Assembly: GCF_009914755.1 (NCBI RefSeq) | Contig: NC_060931.1 | Source: the human T2T-CHM13v2.0 reference genome, Homo sapiens | DNA: 64,000 bases | Direction: 5' to 3' (one strand) | In this document: positions 45,317 through 58,570 of the stretch, piece by piece | Position numbering within the stretch: the first letter of the stretch is position 1 | How the letters are laid out: each line of letters starts with the position of its first letter | Notes under the pieces: generated by a model | Database searches by the model: none | Told to the model about the DNA's origin: nothing | Seen by the model: only the letters and a program-made list of their open reading frames with translations | Translations under genes and position numbers: made by a program

Positions 45317-45825
45317 AAAGGTAATATGTAGTTTTAGAAAAAATAGAGCCAGGTAAAGACCTGGGTACGCTTGGGGTAGTGAGATGATGCAAGCTGCATG
45401 AGGCATCTGGATGGGACCTTTGAGAAGACGCCGACTGAGCAGAAGGGGAAGCCGGGGTGTGTGTAGTGAGCCTGGCAGAATTCTGGGGGAGCATTCTGGG
45501 AGGAGGGGTGGTTCATGCAAAGGCCTGTGGCAGCGTGGGCTTGGTAGGGGTGTGCTGAGGGAGAAGAGGTTGGAGAAGTGCTGGGGCAAATCTGTAGGAC
45601 CCTGGAGTCCACTCTGGGACTTCTGCTCTGACGCTGAGAGAAGTGGGGTCCTTGGAGGGTTTTGGCAGAAGAATGATCTGACTTATGCTTTAACAGGATC
45701 AGTTTGGAGCTGTGTTGAGAACAGATTCCAGGAGCTTGGATGAAAGCAGAGAGACCAGTAAAGCATGGAAAGATGTCTTGGACCTGGGTGGACTAGGTGG
45801 ATGGGTTGGAGAATATCAGAGTGTC

Positions 45826-46418
45826 TGGTCGTGGAGACGTTGTGAAATGCAGACGTTGTGAGGTGGAGACATTGTGAGGTGAGAGACCCTGTGAAGTGGG
45901 AGACGTCTCGAGATGGGAGATGTTGTGAGGTGGAGACCTTGTGAGGTGGAGATGTGAAGTGGAGATGTTGTGAGGTGGAGAGGTTGTGAGGTGGAGACGT
46001 TTTGAGGTGGATACATTGTGAGGTGGAGAGGTTGTGAGGTGGGAGATGTTGTGAGGTGGAGACGTTGTGAGGTGGGAGATGTTGTGAGGTGGAGACGTTG
46101 TGAGGTGGAGAGGTTGTGAGTTGGAGAGGTCGTGAGGTGGAGAGGTCGTGAGGTGGAGACGTTGTGAGGTGGCAGACGTTGTGAGATGGGAGATGTCGTG
46201 AGGTGGAGAGGTCGTGAGGTGGAGACATCGTGAGGTGGAGAGGTCGTGAGGTGGAGAGGTCGTGAGGTGGAGAGGTCGTGAGGTGGAGACATCGTGAGGT
46301 GGAGATGTCGTGAGGTGGAGAGGTCGTGAGGTGGAGAGGTCGTGAGGTGGAGAGGTCGTGAGGTGGAGACGTTGTGAGTTGGAGATGTTGTGAGGTGGAG
46401 AGGTTGTGAGGTAGGAGA
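45826..46418. repeat. ~16-bp G-rich minisatellite (gtYgtgaggtggagaN), roughly 35 copies
   Basis: Periodic tgaggtggaga visible throughout. Confidence 0.95.
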
Positions 46419-46734
46419 CCGGGCGGTTCCTCTTCACAAGACCACAAGGCTGGCTGTTGGCTCTCAGGGCACCATCTGCCGACACAGGGGCTGACGCATC
46501 TTTACTTGGGAAGAAGGACACACTGTGGGGGGTGATGTGGGGGGCTCAGAGGGGAAGGAAACACTGTCTCGAATGTCAAGGAGTTGATTATAATGTAGCA
46601 GAGCAATCAGAGATTCGCTGAGGAGACTGTGAGACGGAGCCCAGGTCCCGGGGAGAGCCGTGACTGCAGGGCCGAGGGCGAGGGTGGGGGTCCAGACCAC
46701 GTGGGTCTTTGTGGGTTGGGAAAGGGTGCTCACC

Positions 46735-47300
46735 TTTAAACAGCTTTATTGAGATATAATTCACAATACTATACAATTCCCCCATTTAATGTGTACAATT
46801 CAATGGTTTTTGTTACATCGTTTTATTAACTTACGAAACATTTAGCAAAATATGGATAACAAAATTTGCCCTTTAAGACCATTTTTAAGTGTACAACTCC
46901 GTGGCATTAATTGCATTCACAACGTTGTGAAACCCACTATTTACTTCCAAACCTTTTTCATCACCGCAAACAGCAGCTCTGTACCTATTAGGGAAGACCT
47001 CCCCACACCTTCCTCCCCGCAGCCGTGAGAACCTCGAGCCCGCCTTCTCTGTCTCTGGATTTTAGATATTTCATCTGAGTGTAATCACGCAGCGTTTGTT
47101 CTTTGGTGAGTGGCTTCCTTCACGGAGCATAAGGTCCTCAAGACTCACCCGTGTTGTGGGTGTTGTGGCGGGATGTCAGAATTTCCTTCCTTTTGAAGGC
47201 AGAATGACATTCCTCTGTGTGTGGCCGCATTCTTCGCCCATGGGTCCCTGGATGGACACCTGGGTTGTTTCCCCGCCTTGGCTGCTGAGGATGCTGCTGC
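46735..47300 (-). mobile_element. Old L1M 3' end fragment(s)
   Basis: cagctttattgagatataattcaca...accatttttaagtgtacaa...aatttccttccttttgaaggcagaatgacattcc...tggacacctgggttgtttcc. Confidence 0.8.
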
Positions 47301-47323
47301 TCTGAGCACTGGGAAGGCTTTAA

Positions 47324-48313
<990 letters not shown>

Positions 48314-49070
48314 TAGCTAAAGGGGAGGAGATATGTTGCAAGTCCCACAGCTGTTCCCAGGGGCTGGGAGGGCATATGCTTCCTTTAACAGGTGCGTAGT
48401 TCACTCTTAATGCCCACTGTGCCTCGTCAATCCGATAAAAAAAAAGGCAGTTATCCTCCTAAAGACACTCTTGGAAGTGTGGGGCTGTCCCACTGGCCTC
48501 CCTCCTACTCTGAGATGGGATTTTCCGGGTGGCTTCCTCCGCAGGAGTGATTCTGCTCGTGCGGTTTTGCACATTCAGAAAAGTCTGTGTCTGTAACAGG
48601 CTCCACTCCTCTGGCCCCAGAATCTTAACTCCAGCTGTCGCCTGGGGCCTGCCAGTGGACCATAAAGAACACCTGTGGGGTTACTGCTCTCAAGACTTAA
48701 AGACAAGCAGGGAGGAGATGGTGGCTCTCACACACTGTGACAGGGAGCCACCTGCCGCTTACCGAAAGCCAACCTGAGCACCGTGTCCACACACCCAGCT
48801 CCAGGGATTGGGTGTAGCAACAGTGCTTGCTTTCCATCATCCCTCAAGAGGGAGTTGGTGCTGTCTGTTTCCTCATCTGCCTTTTGTCTAATCTGTTGGG
48901 CACCTTGGTGTCTCCACAGCTCCCGTCTGAGGTCACTCTGGGGTGGATCCAGTAGCAGTGATGCCCTGGGGATGGTGGTGCACAGAGTGACTTAGCCCTG
49001 GGGTGCACATAACCCTGTGGCAGCTTGGCCCCAGGGGCAGGGGGCAAGGAAACCTAGGACCAGGGGGCGG

Positions 49071-49250
49071 GGTGGAGGTAACTTGGAACTGGGGGTGGGG
49101 GGTGGAGGTAACTTAGGCTCAGGGGTGGGACGTGGATGTAACTTGGGCCCAGGGGTGGGAGGTGGAGGTAACTTGGACCCATTGGTAGGAGGTGGAGGTA
49201 ACTTGGACCCAAGAGTTGGGGGTAGAGGTAACTTGGGCTCAGGGCTGGGG
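49071..49250. repeat. 30-bp G-rich tandem repeat, 6 diverged copies
   Basis: ggtggaggtaacttgg-like core at 49071, 49101, 49131, 49161, 49191, 49221. Confidence 0.92.
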
Positions 49251-52200
49251 GTGTCACAGCAGCCCAGGCTCTGGGGAAGGGTGGGGCAGGTGCAGCAGCA
49301 ACTCAGGCCCCAGGCGGGGGGCATGACAGTGGCCCCTTCTTTCAGGGAAGCGCAGCAGTGTGGACTCTGAGCATCTCTCTTCATTGTGCAGAGCCTCACT
49401 GACTAACACAGAGGTGCCTGTGGTGGAGGCTGTGGGTTCTGCAGGGGTGATGGAGACCACCAGGATCCTGCTCACCTTTTCCCTGCAGGGAGAAATCTCT
49501 CTGAGAGGATCCCTCCTCGGCTCCAAGCTGCTCCCCATGGGGGAATGGGGTGGCAGAGCAGAGTGGCATCTCTGTTTTCTGCTCTCCACAAGGTTTCTGC
49601 GGCTTCTCTGCTGTCTTGGAGCTATCCCAGCGTGGTTTCCATGGTGTGTAGTGTCTTTGTGTTGTTTTGTTGTTTTGTGGGTGGGGCGGGGGGAAGCACT
49701 GAGATCTCCTAGTCCACCATCTTGCTGATGTCACCTTGGGAATGGTTTTATACTTTACCAAGGGACAGTCCACAGGGTGGATTTTAATAACAAGGGCCCC
49801 AACTTGTATTCAAACTAATGCTTGGTTGATTTCAAGGTGCCTTGTGTATGACTTTGCAGGAAGCTGATATCTTGCTAAGGGAGGCACATTGTAGCTGTGG
49901 GGCTCCCCTTTAGTACTTGCTTCCAAAGTGTATTACTATACCTCTGATGTGTCTTCCACAGGCCCCAGTTGAGTAAGTGTGCCTGTATCACTTGTTACTT
50001 TAAGGGTCTCACCCCAGCCTCTACGATGTTCTCAGGAAGCCAATAGAACACGCCTGGATTAACATCTGCTTCCTCAAGGCTCCAAAGCACTAGAATAACA
50101 GGCAGGTGTTTAAAGCAAAGTCCCTGGCCTCGAGTAGCCTACAGCCTGGTAGGAAACAGAAACACGTGCTCTGTACAGCATGGAATTGTGAGCAAAGTCC
50201 CATGGAGACAGGAGGGGAGAATGACGGGCTGGAGGCAGAAACTGCAGAGACTGGCTCTGCATAGCTGCTGTGAGAAACGGTAAGTCACTCGTATGGCTAT
50301 ATGAGTGAGCTATACAGAGTGCAGGCACCTCAGAAAGGGTCCCTGAAGTAAGACAGTCCAGAATTAGGCTCTGGGATTCAGGGCAGGGCTGGCGCTCACA
50401 CAAGGCAGAGCCTTCCTGGGCATCTGGACCGTGTCCAGCCTCTCACTGTGGTGCTAGGAAGTGCCAGACCGATGTCTGGGAGAGTGCCACCAGGTTTTTA
50501 GAAACCTCACTGGAACCCTGCTTCCATCATTGCTTCTCTGTAAACTTCTCTCTGTCTACACGTGAAATCCAATCACTTCTACAAGGTTCTCTGTAAAGGA
50601 AAAGCATCACAGGGAACCAAGCACCCCACAATGCCTACCCTCCCCCATTGTAAACGTGGGGAACACGTCTGCCCCGACTTCCACGCCAAAGGGTGGCAGG
50701 GAGACGCATCCTACTTGGCATGAACAGGTCACGGGGCTACCTGGAAAGGGTCTTCTCGGCTTGTAGAACCGGGAGCGTCCTTCTGGGGCTCCAGGTCTGA
50801 TGTGGGTATGGACAACATCATCATAAAATGACGAGATGAAATGCTAAGCTGCTGCAGCCGGGAAAATGTATTAACAGTTTGAGGCAGAAAATCACAAAGT
50901 GTGAATCTTCAATGAAGGGGCAAACTTTTCCTACTAAAAATCATTATTCCTGCTATGCAGCACAGCTCAGCAAAGAACAGGAGGGCAGAACACAGACTGA
51001 AACATTATCATCTTTTCAGACGGATCCTGGAAATGGAGCTGATATCTGTGTTCTTGAGGAACCACACCAGAGGCACTAGGACCCTCTGAAATCACGTAAA
51101 GAGCTCTGAGCTCTAGGCTGCTGCAGGCCCAGCCGTCCCAGGAACTGAAGTCACCAGCACTGTACCCTGCCCCTGGGGCCCTAGTCATGGCTGCACCCTG
51201 CTGTCCCTGGAGCCTTACCGCCATGGTGTTCTGACATGCCTGGACATGAGTGGCAGCAGCCCTCTCCCTCCTAGGCCTGTGCCACAACAGCACTGCACCA
51301 CCCCAGCGGCTTCCATTGCCACGGTGCCCTGACAGCCTTAGGATCCAAGTTGCTGTGGCACCCCTCCTCTCGGGGTTGCAGCCACTGACATGCCACTGAC
51401 ATCCACTGACACCTTCATCCCCAGGGCTGAGCTGCTGCTTACCCTACTCCCTGGGGCCTGAGCCACTGCCATGCCTCATCTCCCCAGGCCCAAGCTACTG
51501 AGGTGCCTCCTAGAATCATTGACCCCAGCTCTGTGAGCAGTCTGCACATGGCCGTGCCTTAGCAGGTGCACCAAAGCCATAGGACCCATGGATGCACAGC
51601 AGTTCTGTAATCCCCTGAGTCCCGTACTTGGCTCTGTAGCTGTTCTGAGCATCTGTATCCTCAAATCTAGCACTGCTATGACTGCCCGCAGACTGTGCCA
51701 GGCCCAGAACCAAGAGGAATCTCCTGCAGGGGAAAGGCCCTCCTAGAGCCTGAGCCATAACAGTGCTACACCACCCCAGGGGCCTCAGTTGCCACTGTGC
51801 GTTGACATCCTTAAGACACAAGTCACTGTGGTACCCCTCTTCCTGGGGCTGGGTCCACTGACATGACACCGAGATGCCAGTGACTGAGATGCACCTTCAT
51901 CCCCAGCTGCTGCTTACCCTACCCCCTGGGGCCTGAGCCACTGCTACACCCCATCTCCCCAGACCTAAGATATTGTGCCCCAAGAGGACACTAGCAGCTT
52001 TTGTCACCAAAGATCCCAATAGCCCTTGCTGCCACCACCACCACTTCAAACACTTGCAGCCTTGGTCACCAAGGATCCCCACGGTCTTTGCCTCCTCCAG
52101 CCTAGAGGCTGATGGAGGTAAATAGAGACTGCACACTGCATTCCTTGAAGCCAGAGCTGCCACACCCCACCCGACTGGGCACCTTATGCTCACCTGCTGG

Positions 52201-52695
52201 TGAAAGTCTTTCCTCATCAAAGCTATTCTGTGAAGTCTGGAAGAGGTGACTGCTTCTTCAAGTGCTCAGACATCAACACAAGGCTGCAAAAAACATGGAA
52301 AATTAAGGAAACATGACATCACCAAAAGAACAAATAATTCTCCAGTAACTGATTACAAAGAAATGGAGATCTAGGAATTATCTGGAAAGAAATTCAAAAT
52401 TATTATTTTAAGGAAACTTAGTAAGATACAGGAGAACATAGATAAACAACTCAATGAAATCAGGAAAACAACATATGAATAAAACAAGAAATTCAACAAA
52501 GAGATAAAAATCATAAAAAAGAACCAAACAACTTCTGGGGCTGAAAAATATAATAAATAAAATGAAAAATGCGATGCGGAGTTTCAACCTTCCCAACAGA
52601 GTGGAAGAAAGAATCTGTGAACATGAAGAAGTGTCTTTGGAAATTGCCCAGTTAGAGGTGAAAGAGAAAATGAATAAAAAAGAGTAAAGAAAGCT

Positions 52696-52986
52696 GGCCG
52701 GGTACAGTGGCACACGCCTGTAATCCCAGCACTTTGGGAGGCTTAGGTGGGGGGAATACTCTAGATCAGCCTGGCTAACATGGTGAAAATCCATCTCTAC
52801 CAAAAAATACAAAAATTAGCTGGGTATGATGGTGCATGCCTGTAGTCTCAGCTACTCCGGAGGCTGAGGTGGGAGAATTGCTTGAACCAGGAAGGAGGAG
52901 GTTGCAGTGAGCCTCGATTGTGCCACTGTGCTCTAGTTTGGGCAACAGAGCGAGACTCTGTCAAAAAAAAAAAAAAAAAAAAGAAA
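52696..52986 (+). mobile_element. Alu inside L1 ORF1
   Basis: ggccgggtacagtggcacacgcctgtaatcc ... A-tail; TSD agagtaaagaaagc / agaataaagaaagc. Confidence 0.93.
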
Positions 52987-53275
52987 GAATAAAGAAAGCC
53001 TATGGGACTTATGGGACACCATTAAAGGACCCAATATGTGCATTATTGGACTCTCAGAAAAAGAAGACGGAGAGAAAGAAACAGAAAGCTTATTTTAAAA
53101 AATAATTGCTGCAAACTTCCCAAATCTTGGGAGAGATATGGACATCTAGACCCATGAAGCTTAAAAGTCCCCAAGCAGGTTAAACCCAAAGAAATTTTCA
53201 CCAAGACACATTATAATCAACTTATCAAGTCAAAGACAAAGAGAGAATTTTGTAAGCCGCAATAGAAAAGTGGCA

Positions 53276-53700
53276 TGTGTTAGTCTGTTTGTGTTGCTAT
53301 AAAGGAACAACTGATGCAGGATAATTCATTTCCTTAAAAAACAGGTTTCTCTGGCTCACTGTTCTGCCGGCTGTATAAGAAACTTGGCACCAACATCTGC
53401 TCTGGTGAGGGCCTCAAGCTGCTTCCACTCATGGTGGAAAGCAAAGAGGAGCTGGCATGTGCAGCAACCACATGGTGAGAGAGAGGGGAGGGAGGTCCAG
53501 ACTCTCCTTAAACAACCAGTTTTCATGGGAACGCATAAAGCAAGACCTTATTCATTACCATGAGGGCAACACCAAGCCATTTGTAAGAAATCCACCTCCA
53601 TGATCCAAACACCTCCCATTAGGCCCCTCCTCCAACACTGGAAGTCAAATTTCAACATGACAATTGTGGGTGGGTGAGTGAGACAAACCAAACCATAGCA
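53276..53700 (+). mobile_element. MaLR solo LTR (MSTB-like) inside L1
   Basis: tgtgttagtctgtttgtgttgctataaagga ... ccatgatccaaacacctcccattaggcccc ... aaaccatagca. Confidence 0.85.
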
Positions 53701-54789
53701 CCTACCTTACAAGAAACACTAAAGGGAGTTCTTCATTGGAAACAAAAATACTAATTACTAATATAAACCATATGAAAATATAAAATTCAGCAGTAAAGGT
53801 CAATATATAGTCAAATTCAAATACTCTAATACTGTAATGATGGGTCTGTAAATCTCCTTTAACTCTAATATAAAGGTTAAAGGCAAAAATATTAAAGCTA
53901 ACTATAGCTTACTTAAATATTAAATAATTAATAATTAAATAATTAATAAAATTAAAGATAACTATACAGTATTTCCTTAATGGATACACTGTCTAAAAAT
54001 TTTGCACTATGTAAATTGTGAACTCACAAACATGTAAGGTAAGGAGGGAAGTGAAAGTGTAGTTTCTGTATGTGATTGAAGATAAGCTGTTATCAGTTCC
54101 ATATAGATTTGCACAATTAGGTTTTCTGTAAGACTCACAGTAAACACAAAGCAAAAACCTATAGTAGATACTCAACAGACAGAGAAAAGTAACAGCAAAC
54201 CACTACAAAAATTTATTAAGTCACAAAGGAAGAAGCAAGAGAAGAACAAAGGAAAAAGGAAGTACCGAACAGTCAGAAAACAATTAACAAAGTGGCAATA
54301 GTGAGTTCTTACCTATTAATAATTACTTTAAATGTAAATGGATTAAATTTTCTCATCAAAAGACATTCAGTGGCTGAATAAATAAAAATATAAGATCTAA
54401 CTATATGTTGCCTACAAGAAACTCATGTTAGCTTTAAGAATATGCATTGGCTGGAAGTAAAGGGGTGAAAAAAAATCGCATGCAAATGGCAACCAAGGGA
54501 GAGACAAAGAAGGTCATTATATAATGATAAAAAAGTCACTTCATCAAGAAGCTATAACAACAGTAACTATTTATGCACCAAATTTTGGAGCACCTAAATA
54601 TATAAAGTAAATGTCAACAGAACTGGAAGGAGAAATAAATAGCAATATAATTACAGTAGTGGGACTTTAATACACTTTCAACAATGGATAAATCATCCAG
54701 ACAGAAAATAAATCAGGAAACAGTCGATTTGAACAACATCATAGACCAAATGGACCTAACACACATGTTCAGAAGATTTCATCCAACCT

Positions 54790-55100
54790 ACTAATTTTTG
54801 TTTGCTAATTTTGTATTCTGCAACTTTACTGAATTAGTTTTCTAGTTGTAACAGGTTTTGTTTTTGGCAGAGTCTTTAGGGTTTTCATTATACGAGATTA
54901 TGTCATCTGCAAACAGAGACAATTTAACTTCTTCCTTTCTGATTTAGATTATTTCTTTTTATTACCTAATTGCTCTGGCGAGGACTTCCAGTGCTATGTT
55001 AAATGGAAGTGGTAAGTGTAGGCCTCCTTATCTTGTTCCTTTATAGAAAAAGCTTTCAACTTTTCACTGTTGAGTATGATATTAGCTGTGGGTTTCATAT
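54790..55100 (-). mobile_element. Inverted L1 ORF2 (RT-region) fragment
   Basis: attttgtattctgcaactttactgaat...tgtcatctgcaaacagagacaattt...aggacttccagtgctatgttaaat is antisense L1 ORF2. Confidence 0.8.
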
Positions 55101-55127
55101 ATATGTGTGTTATCACACACACACATA

Positions 55128-55270
55128 CAATAGTAACTATATGAAGTGATGATATGTTAATTGTGGTGTCATTTTATAATGTATATGTATATCAAACATT
55201 GTGTTATATGCCTTAAATACATACAATTTTTATTAGTCAATTATACCTCAATAAGTCTGAAAAAAGAAAA
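55128..55270 (+). mobile_element. L1M 3' terminus with poly(A) remnant
   Basis: aatagtaactatatgaagtgatg...ccttaaatacatacaatttttattagtcaattatacctcaataag + A-rich tail. Confidence 0.75.
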
Positions 55271-56599
55271 TCATCCCCAGATTTATACTTTGTGCAAATT
55301 CAAATATAGGGCTTATTTAAATTTATGTATTAACCATGTTACTCATATAAATGACACCATTGAATCTTCTTAGGGAAGAACATAGTTTGGGTATCCTTTT
55401 CCAGTTGAAGCTGAATCCTCACCATCCTTTCACACTTTTTTACTCGATTTTCTGTATGATCTGTGCGAGGCATTTGTGTATCACTAGAGTAAGGGGCACT
55501 CATAAAAGCTACTCAGGGTACCTGATACCTGAAGGTAGCCAGCTACATCATTGGCTGTGTCCCTGTCCCATTAGCATGGCTCAGCACAGCCAGGACTGAA
55601 ATCCAGCATGGCTTATGCCTAGGCTAAGACTTGTGCCATGCTTCTAATTATGGGCTTCCCTAGTACAGAGTGAATTGGGAAAACAAAAGGAAAAGGAACA
55701 TATTTCCTAGGAGCATTCAGTTCCAAGGTAAAGATCATCTACTTTTCTTGGAGAGGGAGTTAAAAAACTGCCAAGGAGGAATAGCCACTTTTTGCTAGCT
55801 TTAGACTTGGATCTTCTCACAGAAGTCCATGACTTTGCTGAGTAATAACCTGGGAGAACTGGGAATTGTGGGAGCCCCCAACAGAACAAACCTAGAGTCT
55901 TGTATGGCGTCAAGATCTCTGGCAAGCTGGCCCAAGCCTACCTTTCCATGGTCTCCCTGGCCAGTCGTTCCTTCCCATTCTAAGCCAGCTGCAGGGTGCT
56001 GCATGACTGCCTTCACCATGTGACATCATGCTTTCTGGTCTTTGTTCTTGGTGTTCCTGCTGTTATGTCTGGAGGGCTTCTGGTCATCCTCCAAGGCCAT
56101 CTCCACCTCCTGGCTCCCTCTGCAAACTGCCCCTTGCCTTCCTGCTGGGCCAAAGTCCCTCCTGTATGTTGCAGGGCTCTCTAAACATGCCTCTGGCTGT
56201 GCCCCTACCTGACCAAAGCTCTTAGAGGTCTTTCTTACTTATCTTGCAATCTTGACAAGGAGTTCAACATGCGTGGTCCAGATACTGTACAAAACACTGG
56301 GAGGCACAGAAATGTCTGAGGCTCCTTATGTTATTGATTCTTGGCAGCATTTTCTAGTTTGGTCTGGAAAGTTCCACTTATAAAAGGAGTGCACATATTG
56401 CTCAGTGGTGGGTCATCTTCTGGTCAAGAGTCACACAACACGGGGGGGTAATCTTGATGAAAAGTAAGAACAGGGGATATTGGCTAGAAGAAACGGTGTG
56501 AACTTCCATCGCTCACAAGGCTTTATCCCCAGGAATGCCACAGTACATATGCCTGGATAATCCACAGCAGGGTGAGGGTGCTTCTGCCTCAGTGGGCAA

Positions 56600-57045
56600 C
56601 AGTGGAATAAGCACTAGAGACTGACTTGGCTGCTGAGTGTCTGTGTGACCTTGAGGAAGTCCTGCAGCCTTTCTTGGCCTCAGTCCCCCCATCTGTTAAG
56701 TGAGGGTAAAAGATTTGAAGACCTTCAAGGTCCCTTCTTGCTATAATGTTTGTGATTGTTGTTGCTTAGGATTTTGGCAAGTAATCATGTGAGCATTGAA
56801 AGCACTTTAGTCTTGAAAGCTGTACATAGTGCTCCAACACCCCAAAGTGCTCTAAAAATTTCCACTCTTTGGATCTGGATCAAACCCCGAAATATTCTAT
56901 AACCTGCTCCTCAAAGTGTGGTCTGAGAAGTAGCAGCATCACTGGGAACTTCTCGGAAATGTGGAATCTTTGTCTCACCCAGACCTCCTGCATCAGAATC
57001 TGCAGTTAAACAACACCCCAGGTGGTTTGTGTGCACGCTAACCCC
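56600..57045. mobile_element. MIR remnant (~56610-56760) and MER5-type remnant (~56900-57040)
   Basis: tgtgtgaccttgagg...ggcctcagtcccccatctgt; ctcaaagtgtggtc...agcagcatcactgggaac...cagaatctgcagttaaacaacaccccaggtg. Confidence 0.6.
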
Positions 57046-57318
57046 CAAGGAAGGTCACAGATGAGAACTTTATTTTTCTATCACTTGTCTGTACATCTTC
57101 AACCTTTGCTGCTGCTGTTACTGTGGTTTGAGCCCAAAGCTGGATTGGGGTCAGAATGATCATGACGAGCTTCAGCCTACATGAAGGAAAAAGTGACTAT
57201 GCTCCTTCCTTTGCAGGCGTTCGTTCACAGGAAGTCAGGGGAGAAGTGAACATGGAGGGCAGTCTAGGGGAGAAGGAAAGGGAGTGAGATGTCCCGACAA
57301 ACACTGTGTAATCGCCAG

Positions 57319-58068
57319 TGTGTATGAGTGTGTGTGCGTGTGAGTCTGCATATGGATGTGTGACTGTACACTTGTGTGAATGTGTTCGAGTATGTGTTAT
57401 GTGCATGTATGAGTGTATATGTGAATGTATCTGACCATGTGTATGTGAGGGTGTGCATGTACGAGCGTATGGGCATATGTTCATGTGAGTGCATGCGTGT
57501 GTATGAATGCATGCACATGTGAGTGTTATGAGTGTGACCATGTGAACGTGCATGTGTGAACATGATTGTATGTCTGAGTATGTAAGAGCATGTGTGTGTA
57601 CTTGTGCATCTGAGTGTACACTGTGTGAGTGTAAATATGTGGGTGTATGCCATGAGTGTGTGCACATGTGAATGTAAGCATGTATATGTGTGAGTGTATG
57701 TGCATGTGACTGTGAGTGTATAAATGTATGTGTGTGCTAATATGTGTGGGAATTCGTGTGGTATAGCTGTGTTAGTGTGAGATTGTGTGTGCATATGTTC
57801 ATGTGTGAATGTGTGTGTACATGTGTGAGCTTGTGTGCATGTGTGAATGTGAATGTGTAAGTGTGCATGTGTATATGAATGTGCATGTCCATGTTAATGT
57901 GTGTGCATGTGTGTGAGTGTGTGTGTATATATGTGTGAGCATGTGTGCATTTGTGTGCATGTGTGTATGCATGTGAATATGTGAGTGTGCATGTTTGACT
58001 TGTGCAAATGTGTGTGTGCATATGAGTGTGCATGTGTGAGTGTGTGCATATGTGAGTGTGTGTTTGAG
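57319..58068. repeat. Degenerate (TG)n/(CATG)-rich low-complexity tract, ~750 bp
   Basis: Near-continuous alternating purine-pyrimidine sequence. Confidence 0.95.
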
Positions 58069-58249
58069 TGGCAGGGGCATAAGCGTGGGGCAATGGAACT
58101 AGTAATAATGAGTAGTTACCATGTGTTGAGAATCACTGCCAGCCAGCCACCAAGCCAAGCACTTAGCATGAGTCATTGTCTTATTCCTTTTTCCCGGTCA
58201 GTGGAGTGACTGTGTGAGTTAGTGGACAGTGCTGGACTTTGCCTTGGGG

Positions 58250-58560
58250 CAATCACTTAGCCACGCTGCCCAAATTTTTCCCATACCAGTAACAGAGGAT
58301 TCTTGTGAGGATTAAATGAATTAATCCAGGAAAACCCCTTAGCTAAGAGCCTCACATTTTAAGTCTTCAATAGCTGCTATAATTATTCAATTCTTAAGGA
58401 AACCCTGAAGGGGTTATTGTTATCTTTATTTCATAGTTGAGGAAAATGAGGCTCAGAGAGACTAAGTAACTTTACCCAAAGCCACACAGCTAGGATGAGG
58501 AGGAGTGGGGATGTGAACTCAGTCCATGTGACTGTAAAGCTACAGTCCTTCCATACTTCT
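58250..58560. mobile_element. MIR remnants
   Basis: ttgtgaggattaaatga; gaggaaaatgaggctcagagagactaagtaactttacccaaagccacacagctag. Confidence 0.75.
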
Positions 58561-58570
58561 CTGAAGAGGT

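Larger units (their letters stand above)
51040..54790 (+). mobile_element. Decayed old L1: 5' UTR, ORF1, inter-ORF region and ORF2 endonuclease start; interrupted by an Alu and an MST LTR
   Basis: A-rich ORF1-like text (ggaaacatgacatcaccaaaagaac; ccaagacacattataatcaa; ccttacaagaaacactaaagggagttctt); ttactttaaatgtaaatggattaaat...tgttgcctacaagaaactcat resembles the endonuclease motifs TLNVNGLN and CCLQETH. Confidence 0.85.

Noticed and set aside
45683-46521. Mucin-like His/Thr/Ser/Pro ORFs
   Set aside because: Translation of the C-rich strand of the 16-bp minisatellite
48992-49399. Extensin-like proline-rich ORF (PKLPPPPT repeats)
   Set aside because: Translation of the 30-bp tandem repeat
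52200-54790. Active LINE-1
   Set aside because: ORFs are broken by stops, frameshifts, nested Alu/MST insertions and loss of most of ORF2
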